Of a stretch of DNA of 45,797 nucleotides, positions 35,473-44,695 are shown one piece after another. Position numbers and translations under genes: made by a program. The notes below the pieces were generated by a model. That model was given only the letters and a program-made list of their open reading frames with translations. It did not search any database and was not told the DNA's origin. The first letter of the stretch is position 1, and each line of letters starts with the position of its first letter. This DNA comes from an uncultured Methanosarcinales archaeon (GTDB taxonomy: Archaea > Nanobdellota > Nanobdellia > Woesearchaeales > GW2011-AR9): positions 1 to 45,797 of the forward strand of contig CAYFMJ010000005.1 in NCBI GenBank assembly GCA_964344235.1. Direction: 5' to 3'.

Positions 35473-35581
35473 AATCAAAGAAAAACGGGAATCACTTTAT
35501 TAAGTTTTATACTAATTTGAATAAACTATAGTTCCCACTGAAGAAATCCTTTTATAGCACAACAGCATTATCTCTTTTTTG

Positions 35582-36289
35582 ATGGCATTACTTGACGTTA
35601 TTTCTATGAGCGATTTTACCAAAGAACAGATTATTGCCGTACTTGATGCTGCGGAAGAAGTAAAGAAAGCAGTCCATGATCAAGAATTCAACCAGCTTGT
35701 GTTCAAACGAAAATATGGAAAAGATGTCCATTCAATTCTTTCTGGAGTAAAAGTTGCAACATTATTCTTAGAAAACAGCACCAGAACCAATTTCTCATTC
35801 AGGGCAGCTGCAGGGACTGCAAGTGGTTTCGTTGATGGCTTCGCCTCAAAAGCATACACCTCTCTCAAAAAGGGAGAAACATGGGCTGACACTGCTGCAA
35901 TGTTCGCAGGGTATGGGTATAATGCGCTGATAATGCGAAGTACTACAGAAGGCTTACCTCGTTGGACAAAAGAGTTCCTCCGAGAAAATGATAAACAAGT
36001 AAAAGAACAACATCAAACACTAAACATCCCTTACTCCTACACTCCACCAATTGTCATCAATGGCGGGGACGGTAAAAATCAACATCCAACTCAATGTTTC
36101 CTCGACCTTTTTACAATCAGAGAAATAGCCCGAGCACATAATAAAACGTTAGATGGCTTACACATCTCTTTACTCAACGATCTTGCACATGGAAGAACTA
36201 ATGCCTCATTAATGTCAATCGCCCATCTATTCAATTTCACGTTACATTTCGCATACCCCCTCGTTTCGGGCCACAACAACACCGGTTAG
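35582..36289 (+). CDS. pyrB: Aspartate carbamoyltransferase, N-terminal part (frameshifted PyrB-PyrI fusion)
   Basis: FLENSTRT and INGGDGKNQHPTQCFLD; the reading frame is lost at the C5 run (36256-36260). Confidence 0.85.
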   Translation: MALLDVISMSDFTKEQIIAVLDAAEEVKKAVHDQEFNQLVFKRKYGKDVHSILSGVKVATLFLENSTRTNFSFRAAAGTASGFVDGFASKAYTSLKKGETWADTAAMFAGYGYNALIMRSTTEGLPRWTKEFLRENDKQVKEQHQTLNIPYSYTPPIVINGGDGKNQHPTQCFLDLFTIREIARAHNKTLDGLHISLLNDLAHGRTNASLMSIAHLFNFTLHFAYPLVSGHNNTG

Positions 36290-36348
36290 AGAACCTCAAA
36301 CGGAACGGCGTAACAATTCATGATCATAAAGAAGATTTCCTTGCAGCA

Positions 36349-37215
36349 ATGCGCGAATCGTTCGTCGCCTACCATTCACGCCCTCAAAAAGAAAGAGTTG
36401 GCGAGGGAGAAGATTTAATCTCAATTAAACAACTGGGTCAAATCAACAAAGCAATGTATGATACATTAGGAGAAAGCGCACTATACCTTATGCATCCACT
36501 CCCTGTTGATGCAGAAACATTTGAAGAGATTGCATCAGACATGCGAAACCATCCAAAGAACGTGACGAAACTCCAATCTTCCAACGGTCTTTATGTGCGT
36601 ATTGCATTACTTGCATTAAGCCTTGGTAAAATGAATGGGAACTTACATAACAATAATGTCCGCAATGGCAGGGCTCATCTTGAAAAGCGAGATGTTGTCA
36701 TTAAAACAAACAAAAAAGAACTGAGCAATCCCCGATCAGGATACATTGAGAACCAGGGTTTAGTCTTTGATCACATTCCAGACGGCATGGGGAGAAGGTT
36801 AGCGGGAATATTGGGACTCGAAGCAGAAAATATTCCCAAAGTTATCTCAACTTCCATGCCAACACGTGATGGAAGAGTGGCGAAGAAAGATATGATCAAA
36901 ATACATACAGCGTACCAATTGTCAGAAGAACAATATGAAGCTGTTGCTTTAATTGCCCCAGAAGCAACCATTAGTGTTGTTGAAAATGGCATTGTCACAA
37001 AGAAAATGCAACTTGCACTAGGAAATTGGATTGAAAACCGAGTCAAGTGTGGTAATCAGAATTGTGTAACTAATATCAAAAAAGAAGGCGTTAAGCCAAA
37101 ACACAACATTAAAAACGTTGGCGAAGAAAAAGTTCTCACCTGTAATTATTGTGAACATACCGACACTTTAGGAAAAGTCTACAAAGAAAACCGTTTCTTA
37201 TACATTGGAGAGTGA
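36349..37215 (+). CDS. pyrI: PyrB C-terminal part fused to PyrI regulatory chain
   Basis: RPQKER, LMHPLP, NGLYVRIALL, then VFDHIP, KKDMIKI, CGNQNC and CNYCE. The frame is open back to the C run. Confidence 0.85.
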   Translation: MRESFVAYHSRPQKERVGEGEDLISIKQLGQINKAMYDTLGESALYLMHPLPVDAETFEEIASDMRNHPKNVTKLQSSNGLYVRIALLALSLGKMNGNLHNNNVRNGRAHLEKRDVVIKTNKKELSNPRSGYIENQGLVFDHIPDGMGRRLAGILGLEAENIPKVISTSMPTRDGRVAKKDMIKIHTAYQLSEEQYEAVALIAPEATISVVENGIVTKKMQLALGNWIENRVKCGNQNCVTNIKKEGVKPKHNIKNVGEEKVLTCNYCEHTDTLGKVYKENRFLYIGE

Positions 37216-37220
37216 AATTG

Positions 37221-37910
37221 TTAAATGCTCACACTCTTCTTTTTCTCACTCAACACAAAAGTCTTAACTTCTCCACCACAGAATGCTTGAATTAGCCCCT
37301 TTGCTTCTCGTAACAATTCATTCCGTTTTTTTGCTGTGATTGGGGGTAAAATATCAAAATGAATCAACACTTTATATGATTCCGCCACGAGGTTTGTTCT
37401 TCTATTATGCCATGCATCTAACTTCGTTCCTAAAACTCCTTTATCATCATGATAATACAACTCTCCGGCCGCTAACCGCTTCAATACACCACGCTTCTCC
37501 TTCCCCGTTGCAACATCAAATGTAACATCGCCGACAATCTCAACACAATCATCCACGCCAAACGGGACGATGTTCTTCAAAGACAAATGCCGCAGCAACG
37601 TTGTCAGCACATCTTTCATAGCAACATTTCGCTTTCGCAATACTTTTTGCAATAACTTCTCTACAGACGTATGATAATGCCTCGCTTTCCCACCAAAATC
37701 TTCTTGCGCCACAGCCCACGGTTCTAATAAGTTATGATTTCTCACAGTTTCTCTATTAAATGTCAACCGCACTAATGTTTCTGCTTCTTTCAACAAATGC
37801 TGCGCTTTCTCCAGATTTGTTTTATTATCAATCCCTTCAATCAATAAACAAGCAATCTGTAATTTAGAATGAAATTTTGTAAATACAGATTTTTTGATGG
37901 TAATATTCAT
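37221..37910 (-). CDS. Stand-alone B3/B4 (PheRS beta-like) domain protein
   Basis: LLEPWAVAQEDFG, TSVEKLLQKV, PFGVDD...GDVTF pattern. Confidence 0.75.
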   Translation of the reverse strand: MNITIKKSVFTKFHSKLQIACLLIEGIDNKTNLEKAQHLLKEAETLVRLTFNRETVRNHNLLEPWAVAQEDFGGKARHYHTSVEKLLQKVLRKRNVAMKDVLTTLLRHLSLKNIVPFGVDDCVEIVGDVTFDVATGKEKRGVLKRLAAGELYYHDDKGVLGTKLDAWHNRRTNLVAESYKVLIHFDILPPITAKKRNELLREAKGLIQAFCGGEVKTFVLSEKKKSVSI

Positions 37911-38209
37911 TTTTTCCGATAATGCTTCCGTACCTTTCGATCATCTAATGTTTCACGTAACGCCACATATAATCGAGTAAAGAATCCTTTCTTATGGCGC
38001 GAGTATGGAATGCCTCTGTCCCTATTTGCTTGATCTAAATTGTAACGAATCTCTTCTAATAATCGTACCTTTTTCCGTTCATAATGAATCCTCACAAACA
38101 ATAAGAGAAAATATAATCCAAAGACTCCTCCAACAGCTATTCCTAACTGCGTAATAAACGGGCGTATTGCTTCCGCAAGAGCCATTAAATCAGCAACAAC
38201 ATCCACCAT
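37907..38209 (-). CDS. Small single-TM protein
   Basis: One hydrophobic helix with a basic tail; coupled to the B3/B4 gene. Confidence 0.65.
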   Translation of the reverse strand: MVDVVADLMALAEAIRPFITQLGIAVGGVFGLYFLLLFVRIHYERKKVRLLEEIRYNLDQANRDRGIPYSRHKKGFFTRLYVALRETLDDRKVRKHYRKK

Positions 38210-38312
38210 CGTACAGAAACTAATGAAGCGTCGTTTTTATAGGTTTCTATGAAGCCACTACCCACTAGACAACCACAAGTAGCAAATATAAATCTTCTAA
38301 ACCCATTTCTAA

Positions 38313-38350
38313 TCACTCATTGTCTCGTTTTTGTGAAGACAATGAGGTGA
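38313..38350 (+). promoter_or_regulatory. RBS-sequestering hairpin upstream of the LAGLIDADG gene
   Basis: TCACTCATTGTCT (38313-38325) pairs with AGACAATGAGGTGA (38337-38350), which contains the GAGGTGA SD. Confidence 0.65.
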
Positions 38351-38356
38351 TATAAA

Positions 38357-39010
38357 ATGAATAAGAAAACAATAAAATTCCCTGAGAGAAGTGAGCAGCT
38401 AGCAGAACTTGTAGGTATCATCCTTGGCGATGGTAATATACAGTATACTGCAGGTTATCAATTGAGAATCGTTGGAGACTCGACGAAAGACCGAGATTAC
38501 TTAATCAATTATGTTAAACCACTTATAGATTCCCTATTCAATGTGGAGGCAAGGATATACAAACATAAAACGTTCAAAGAACTATTTGTAAATGTTGCAA
38601 ACAAAAGGATTGTTGAATTTCTCCTGTCTATTGGCATGGTACATGGAGATAAGATAAAGAACAATGCCTCAATTCCCTCTTGGGTTCTCAACAATGATAC
38701 ATATCTGAAAGCTTGCATTAGAGGCCTGGTTGACACAGATGGTTCAATTTATGAGCTCAAACCGCACTGGCCAGGTCTATGGCAAATTTGTTTTACAAAC
38801 AAAAATGAGGCATTATTATCCGGATTTAAAGAGGGCCTTCAGAAAGTGGGTATCAACTGTTCAAATATTTATCGTTACAAGAACGGTAAGAAAACACCAA
38901 AAATCTATATTACTAAGAAGTCGGAACTAAGTAAATTTTATAAAGAAATAGGCTTCAGCAACTCTAAACACCAAAACAAATTAAAGCCCCATGGTGTAGA
39001 CAAGCAATAA
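38357..39010 (+). CDS. Free-standing two-motif LAGLIDADG (DOD/intein-type) homing endonuclease
   Basis: LAELVGIILGDGNI and CIRGLVDTDGSI; ends FYKEIGFSNSKHQNKL. The last codons overlap the tRNA. Confidence 0.9.
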   Translation: MNKKTIKFPERSEQLAELVGIILGDGNIQYTAGYQLRIVGDSTKDRDYLINYVKPLIDSLFNVEARIYKHKTFKELFVNVANKRIVEFLLSIGMVHGDKIKNNASIPSWVLNNDTYLKACIRGLVDTDGSIYELKPHWPGLWQICFTNKNEALLSGFKEGLQKVGINCSNIYRYKNGKKTPKIYITKKSELSKFYKEIGFSNSKHQNKLKPHGVDKQ

Positions 39011-39100
39011 GCTTGGCACAATGGACTATCATTCGACCCTTTGGTACCACATCATTGGTGAAGTGAGGTCGCGACCGCGGTTCGAATCCGCGTGGGGCTA
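38985..39100 (+). tRNA. tRNA-Gln(UUG) with two introns (D-loop 15/16 at 39000-39021; canonical 37/38 at 39045-39065)
   Basis: Acceptor stem AGCCCCA/TGGGGCT plus A; anticodon stem CGACC/GGTCG with TTG at 39041-39043; T-arm CGCGG-TTCGAAT-CCGCG; BHB motif at 37/38. Confidence 0.9.
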
Positions 39101-39307
39101 CTTTCTTTATCAGAAAAACAACTAAAATAATGCAAGAACTAATCATCACCCTCAAGTCTTACGTGAAATACATAAGCAAATTGACTAAGTTGATTAGAAT
39201 GTTTAGATGAAATTAACAAATTTTTTACCTTTTATGCCTCTTTTTAGAACTCTAAACCAAAGATAATTTAAACTACAAGATAATGGCTTAACCCGGAGGT
39301 AAGATCT

Positions 39308-39490
39308 ATGAAAAAAATCATGACTATAGCACTCATTGTGTTGGCAATTGGATTATTAGTTATGGGATGTACTACTATAACTGATTCTAGCGACACAACA
39401 CAACCGGCTCCTACTGAAAATGCAGAGGAGACTACACAACCAGAAGCAGAGGGTAGTGATTTAGAACCACCTGCTTTACCAGAGGGATAA
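39308..39490 (+). CDS. Small secreted or lipoprotein-like acidic peptide (60 aa)
   Basis: Signal peptide ending VMGC; GGAGGT SD; C-terminal EPPALPEG. Confidence 0.7.
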   Translation: MKKIMTIALIVLAIGLLVMGCTTITDSSDTTQPAPTENAEETTQPEAEGSDLEPPALPEG

Positions 39491-39492
39491 AA

Positions 39493-40173
39493 ATGAAAAG
39501 AACAAGTTTAAGCGTCTTAGTTTTACTGCTTTGTTCCGCATTTGTTATGGCAGCGTTCTCAAATGTAGAAGAATTGCCATCAGGTAACCACGCAGTAGCA
39601 TTTGATAAAACAGTTACAGCCGGATGGAACCTTCTTCCTGCAGACATGGGAGACTGGGAGATTACAGAAGCAGATGCTGATTATCTGAAAAGCTTAAAGG
39701 CCTACTACGTGCATGTACCTTTACAAAACAAGTATGTAAACTCTAAAAGCGGTTTTAGTAGTGAAGACTTCGAATTAGTACAAGCTAATAAAAAATACAT
39801 GCAATCCTCCGCTGGATGGTACTACTTCAGCAATCCAGTAACGGTAGGATACGAAGCAAAAATGGATGGAGAGATGCCAACCCTCTCAAGAGGATGGAAT
39901 CTACTTAGCATCGAACCAAAAATTACCCAATATAATGATGCAGTTTCACACTTCCCGTATGGAGATTGCCAATTTGAAAAATTCTTCATGTGGAACCCTG
40001 GAGCCGCGGCGTGGGGTGCTGAAAACATAGGTATGCCAACAGTTGAGCAAGGACTCAATGAATTAGCTGAACCAGACGGAGTAGGGGCCGGAATTGCCAT
40101 CAAAGTAACAGAAGAATGCCAACTTGGAATTGGCAGCGATAGTACAGACGCTCCACCAACCGTCCCGAGTTAA
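39493..40173 (+). CDS. Secreted protein (226 aa)
   Basis: Signal peptide; two GWNLL repeats; C-terminal APPTVPS. Confidence 0.75.
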   Translation: MKRTSLSVLVLLLCSAFVMAAFSNVEELPSGNHAVAFDKTVTAGWNLLPADMGDWEITEADADYLKSLKAYYVHVPLQNKYVNSKSGFSSEDFELVQANKKYMQSSAGWYYFSNPVTVGYEAKMDGEMPTLSRGWNLLSIEPKITQYNDAVSHFPYGDCQFEKFFMWNPGAAAWGAENIGMPTVEQGLNELAEPDGVGAGIAIKVTEECQLGIGSDSTDAPPTVPS

Positions 40174-40183
40174 TTTTTTTATT

Positions 40184-40774
40184 TTATTCACACACTTCCT
40201 CAACACTCTTCACTTCTAATGTAAATGCAACTTTACTAATCGTTGGGTGGGTAATGACATCACTCGTTTCTGCAACACCAAGCGTGACAACTTGCTCTTC
40301 TAACACTTTCCCAGCATTCTTCTTAATCAACTTAACAGGCACAATAACATCACTTCCGGAACAATAATCAGGGCCGGACAATAACTTCCACTCTAATGCT
40401 CCTGCATACGTGTAACTTCCTTTTCCTCTGTTTAATGTTAACTCTTCTCCATCACTCGTCGAAATCTCAACTCCGTTAAAATTACAGGTAGCAGAACATC
40501 CTTCTGTCTCATACAAATCTGCGATCTTCCCACAACTTTCATCAATGCACTGTTCTCCCTGTGGACAATCCGCTGTTGCAACACATTCCGGTCCTACCGC
40601 TGTTTCTTCTAAAGCCTCTTCAACGGTTTCCGTTTCCACAATAGCACCACTAACATCCTCTGCAGGAGATTCATCTACAACACTACTTCCAGCATCAGAA
40701 GCCCCCTGAAACCAAGAACACCCAAATACAAAAACACTACATAATACAATCATCAAAACAATTACTTTCCTCAT
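40184..40774 (-). CDS. Lipoprotein-like secreted Cys-rich protein
   Basis: VFGC lipobox-like motif; CVATADCPQGEQCIDESC module; GAGGTG SD. Confidence 0.75.
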   Translation of the reverse strand: MRKVIVLMIVLCSVFVFGCSWFQGASDAGSSVVDESPAEDVSGAIVETETVEEALEETAVGPECVATADCPQGEQCIDESCGKIADLYETEGCSATCNFNGVEISTSDGEELTLNRGKGSYTYAGALEWKLLSGPDYCSGSDVIVPVKLIKKNAGKVLEEQVVTLGVAETSDVITHPTISKVAFTLEVKSVEEVCE

Positions 40775-40777
40775 TAT

Positions 40778-41737
40778 TCACACCTCGCTTTTACCTAATC
40801 TTTTCTTAGGTTCAACATATTTAAGACCTAACTTCTTATAAATTTGTTCCTCCGTTTTTCCCGCAACCCACTTCTTTTCCCCGAGCGTAAACAGGCCATA
40901 CTCATTTAGCGTCCATCCTTTCTTCAGCGCAATCTTCCGCAAGGCAATATTATGTTCCTTATTTCCGGTAAAATACAACAATGCAGCACCAAATTCTTTG
41001 TCTTTCACAACTCGCAGGTCTACTTGTAAATTATTCTGCAATCTCACCGAACTTTTCGTCGCCCCTCGTGCCAACACTTTCTTCACTTCTGGCATTTCAG
41101 TAAAAAACTTCATCACAGCAGCCGGTTTTGTAGACACAACAAGTAAATCCAGATCACCTATCGTTGACTTCTTTCTACGAAACGAACCTGCAACTACTAC
41201 TTTCTTTACCACCCTAATCTCAGACAAATCCTGTTTAATCTTCTGCGCTATTGGCAACACTCGTTCATACAAAAAGCGCTGCGGGTTTTCTTTCAATAAC
41301 TTTATTCCTTCTAACAATATTTCTGCTGTTTTCTCTCCAAAACCCGAAAGCTCTTGCAACTTGCCTCGCTTAATAACTTTCTCTAAATCCTTGATATTCT
41401 TCACACCTAACTCTTTATACAACACTTTAATTTTACGAGGGCCCAAAAACGGAATTTTCTGCAATTGTTCCAAATCAATTTTTACTTCCTTCTTCAACTT
41501 CTCGTAATACTTTAGCTTCCCTTTATCCAAGAACTCAGCTATCTTCGCAGCAATATGCACTCCCACTCCAGGAATCTGTTCCAACTCTCCTCGTTGATGA
41601 ATCGCTTCAATCTCTTCATCTAATCCCTCAATCACTTGCGCTGCACGTTTGTATGCTTGCGGCTTCCATCGCACCTCTTGCAACTCTAGAAGATCAGCTA
41701 TCTTGAACAATAACTCCGCCACCTCAAGATTTTTCAT
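40778..41737 (-). CDS. polX: Family X DNA polymerase lacking a PHP domain
   Basis: HhH motifs IPGVG and IPFLGP; GSFRR..IGDLD; QVDLR; YFTGNKEHN; LNEYGLF. Confidence 0.93.
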   Translation of the reverse strand: MKNLEVAELLFKIADLLELQEVRWKPQAYKRAAQVIEGLDEEIEAIHQRGELEQIPGVGVHIAAKIAEFLDKGKLKYYEKLKKEVKIDLEQLQKIPFLGPRKIKVLYKELGVKNIKDLEKVIKRGKLQELSGFGEKTAEILLEGIKLLKENPQRFLYERVLPIAQKIKQDLSEIRVVKKVVVAGSFRRKKSTIGDLDLLVVSTKPAAVMKFFTEMPEVKKVLARGATKSSVRLQNNLQVDLRVVKDKEFGAALLYFTGNKEHNIALRKIALKKGWTLNEYGLFTLGEKKWVAGKTEEQIYKKLGLKYVEPKKRLGKSEV

Positions 41738-41812
41738 GGCATGCAACAAGAAAATCAACTATATAAAACTTCCACCACTACCTTTAAAAAACACTCCGTC
41801 CTTCTCACAACC

Positions 41813-44635
41813 ATGGCTCTTGACTGGAACACAATCCAAGATAAATGGCAAAAAGCCTGGGAAAAAGCTGAACTTGGTAAAGCCACTGCACAAAAAGATA
41901 AACCAAAATATTTCATGATCTTCGCCTATCCTGGGATCTCTGGCTTTCTTCATGTCGGTCACATGAGGGGCTTTTCATACACAGATGCAATCTGCCGTTT
42001 TGAACGATTACAGGGAAAAGAAGTGCTCTTTCCTGTCGGTACACATGCTTCAGGAAATCATGCGATTGCCTTTGCGAACAAAGTAAAAAACAATGATGAA
42101 GGGTGGATTGATTACCTCAAACGGAACGGCTGCTCTGACGAACAATTAGCAAGATTAACAGACCCAGATGAAATTATCGATTACTTCAACAACGTCTACG
42201 TCAACGATTATTGGAAAAAGTTCGGTTTCCTCTGCGATTGGGATCGATTTACCTCCACAACCTACAAAGATTATGAAAAATTTATCCAATGGCAATTCAA
42301 AAAATTACACCAACAAAACTTACTTGTTCAAAAGCCATACTTCGCACCATTCTCGGAAGAATCTGGCCCCGTAGCTATTGATCCATCCGAGACGGATCTT
42401 TCAAAGGGTGGGAATGCAGAAAAAATTGAATTTACGCTTCTCAAATTCAAATTAAACAGCAGCAACACGTTCTTGGTTGCTGCCACAATACGTCCAGAAA
42501 CAATTTACGGGCAAACAAATCTTTGGATTAACCCAGAAAGCAACTACGTTTTAGTCGAAGTTGATAGAGAGGAATGGGTCATCAGTAGAGAAAGTGCGGA
42601 GAAATTAAAGTACCAAAAAGATAACGTTCTTCTGAAAGAAGACATCGACCCTAAAACACTTATCGGCAAATATGCGAAAGCACCGGGAATTGAAAAAGAA
42701 ATTATCGTTCTTCCAGCAAGTTTCGTCAACCCAGACACGGGAACCGGTATCGTAACCTCTGTCCCATCAGACGCACCGTTTGATTACGTCGCCCTAAAAA
42801 CAGTACAAGAAAACACTGAACTCATCAAACAATTCAATTTAGACAAAGAAGAAATTCAAAACATTAAACTTATTCCAATTATCAAATCAAAAGGCTTCGG
42901 CGACTTTCCAGGGCAAGAGATTGTCCAGAAAAAACGTATCACTTCATTAGACGATCCAAAATTAGAAGAAGCGACAAAAGAGATTTACAAAGCTGGTTTC
43001 CACACGGGAGTGATGTTAAAAAATGCCGGCCCGTACGCTGGTAAAAGAACTGAGGAAGCGAAAGAATTAGTGAAAGCAGATCTCCTTGAACAGGGTAAAG
43101 CAGACATTCTCCATGACTTAAGTGAAGAAGTTATTTGCCGGAGCGGTGGCAAAGTGTTCATTAAACGAATTGATGATCAATGGTTCATCAACTATGCAAA
43201 TCAAGAACTAACAGAACAGAGTAAAGCTCATACTCAAGAAATGCGGATCTTCCCGCAGGAATACCACGAAAACATTCCTAAAGTGCTTGATTGGTTCCAA
43301 GATCGAGCCTGCGCACGATTAGGAAACTGGCAGGGAAGTAAATTTCCATTTGACGAACGGTGGGTTATTGAACCAATTAGCGATTCCACACTCTATCCTG
43401 CCTTTTACATAGTATCAAAATTTACAAACAACAATACTCTCAAACTAGCTGAGTTAACAGAAGAATTTTTTGATTACGTTTTCCTTGGTAAAGGAGAACC
43501 AAAACCAGCCTGGGAACAAATCCGAGAAGAATTCGAGTATTTCTACCCTCTTGATATGAACTTAGGTGGGAAAGAACACAAAACAGTTCACTTCCCTGTC
43601 TTTGTCATGAACCATGTTGCTATTCTCCCTCCAGACAAATGGCCAAAAGGCATTATGGTAAATTGGTGGGTAACGGGTAAAGGTTCCAAAATATCTAAAA
43701 GTAAAGGCGGTGCTGAACCAATTCCCAATGCCATTGAGAAATATGGCGTGGATGCAATGCGGCTCTATTACTCCCACATCGGATCTCCACACGTAGACGT
43801 TGTTTGGGATGAAACTGTTGTCCTCAACTACAAGAACGCTTTAGAACGGATTTATTCAATCATTGCACAATTACGAACCCTTGATGGAACGAAGAAAACA
43901 ATTGATGGTTGGTTAGTGTCAAGAGTGCATGAGCATATCCAACATATCAACAATGCCATGCAAGAATATAACTTACGCGAATTAGCTTCAACCGTTTATT
44001 TCACGCTTTACGATGACATGCGCTGGTATCTCCGAAGAGGTGGTTGCCACACAAAAACGATCAACGAAGTTATCAATACCTGGTGCGCATTAATGAACCC
44101 CATCACTCCCCATATAAGTGAGGAACTTCACAACGGCAAAGACCTCGTCTCCGATTCAAGTTGGCCAATGCTGAATAAAGAACTCATCTCAAAAACCGCT
44201 AATGCATCCGAAGAACTAATTAGAGGGACCATCGATGGTATGAGAAATGTTATCAAGTTAGCAAAAGTAGAAAAACCTGCAAAATTCACATTATTCGTTT
44301 CCGAATCATGGAAATATGATTTATTCACAACATTAGCAGCAGAAATTAACGTAACGAGAAATGTTGGAGAAATATTACGGAAAGTTCTAGAGAATCCTGA
44401 ACTAAAACCAAAAGGCAAGGAAATAAGTAAAATCGTCCAATCCGTTCTGAAAGACGTTTCTAAACTCCCATCAATCGTAACATCACAGGAACAAGAGTTA
44501 CAAACATTACAAGAAGCGAAAGACTTTTTAGAGCGAGAGTTTTCCTGTACTATTGAAATTATCAACGGCAATGAGTCAGACGAAGCAAAAGCAAAATCTG
44601 CCATGCCAGGAAAAGTTGGAATAATTGTAGAATGA
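41813..44635 (+). CDS. leuS: Leucine--tRNA ligase (archaeal type)
   Basis: HVGH, ATIRPETIYGQTN, GTGIVTSVPSDAPFDY, KISKSKG and AMPGKVGIIVE. Confidence 0.97.
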   Translation: MALDWNTIQDKWQKAWEKAELGKATAQKDKPKYFMIFAYPGISGFLHVGHMRGFSYTDAICRFERLQGKEVLFPVGTHASGNHAIAFANKVKNNDEGWIDYLKRNGCSDEQLARLTDPDEIIDYFNNVYVNDYWKKFGFLCDWDRFTSTTYKDYEKFIQWQFKKLHQQNLLVQKPYFAPFSEESGPVAIDPSETDLSKGGNAEKIEFTLLKFKLNSSNTFLVAATIRPETIYGQTNLWINPESNYVLVEVDREEWVISRESAEKLKYQKDNVLLKEDIDPKTLIGKYAKAPGIEKEIIVLPASFVNPDTGTGIVTSVPSDAPFDYVALKTVQENTELIKQFNLDKEEIQNIKLIPIIKSKGFGDFPGQEIVQKKRITSLDDPKLEEATKEIYKAGFHTGVMLKNAGPYAGKRTEEAKELVKADLLEQGKADILHDLSEEVICRSGGKVFIKRIDDQWFINYANQELTEQSKAHTQEMRIFPQEYHENIPKVLDWFQDRACARLGNWQGSKFPFDERWVIEPISDSTLYPAFYIVSKFTNNNTLKLAELTEEFFDYVFLGKGEPKPAWEQIREEFEYFYPLDMNLGGKEHKTVHFPVFVMNHVAILPPDKWPKGIMVNWWVTGKGSKISKSKGGAEPIPNAIEKYGVDAMRLYYSHIGSPHVDVVWDETVVLNYKNALERIYSIIAQLRTLDGTKKTIDGWLVSRVHEHIQHINNAMQEYNLRELASTVYFTLYDDMRWYLRRGGCHTKTINEVINTWCALMNPITPHISEELHNGKDLVSDSSWPMLNKELISKTANASEELIRGTIDGMRNVIKLAKVEKPAKFTLFVSESWKYDLFTTLAAEINVTRNVGEILRKVLENPELKPKGKEISKIVQSVLKDVSKLPSIVTSQEQELQTLQEAKDFLEREFSCTIEIINGNESDEAKAKSAMPGKVGIIVE

Positions 44636-44695
44636 TCAAAATGGGACTTCTTCTGAACCATTACAAATTGTTGGTCTATTGAGCGTAAGGTTGGA

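Noticed and set aside
38985-39100. tRNA-Gln as attB of the integrase element
   Set aside because: No duplicated tRNA fragment was found near either element end or elsewhere in the window.
44673-44680. GGTCTATT near the leuS-virB4 junction matches part of the 3734-3748 repeat unit
   Set aside because: An 8-bp match in AT-rich DNA is expected by chance.
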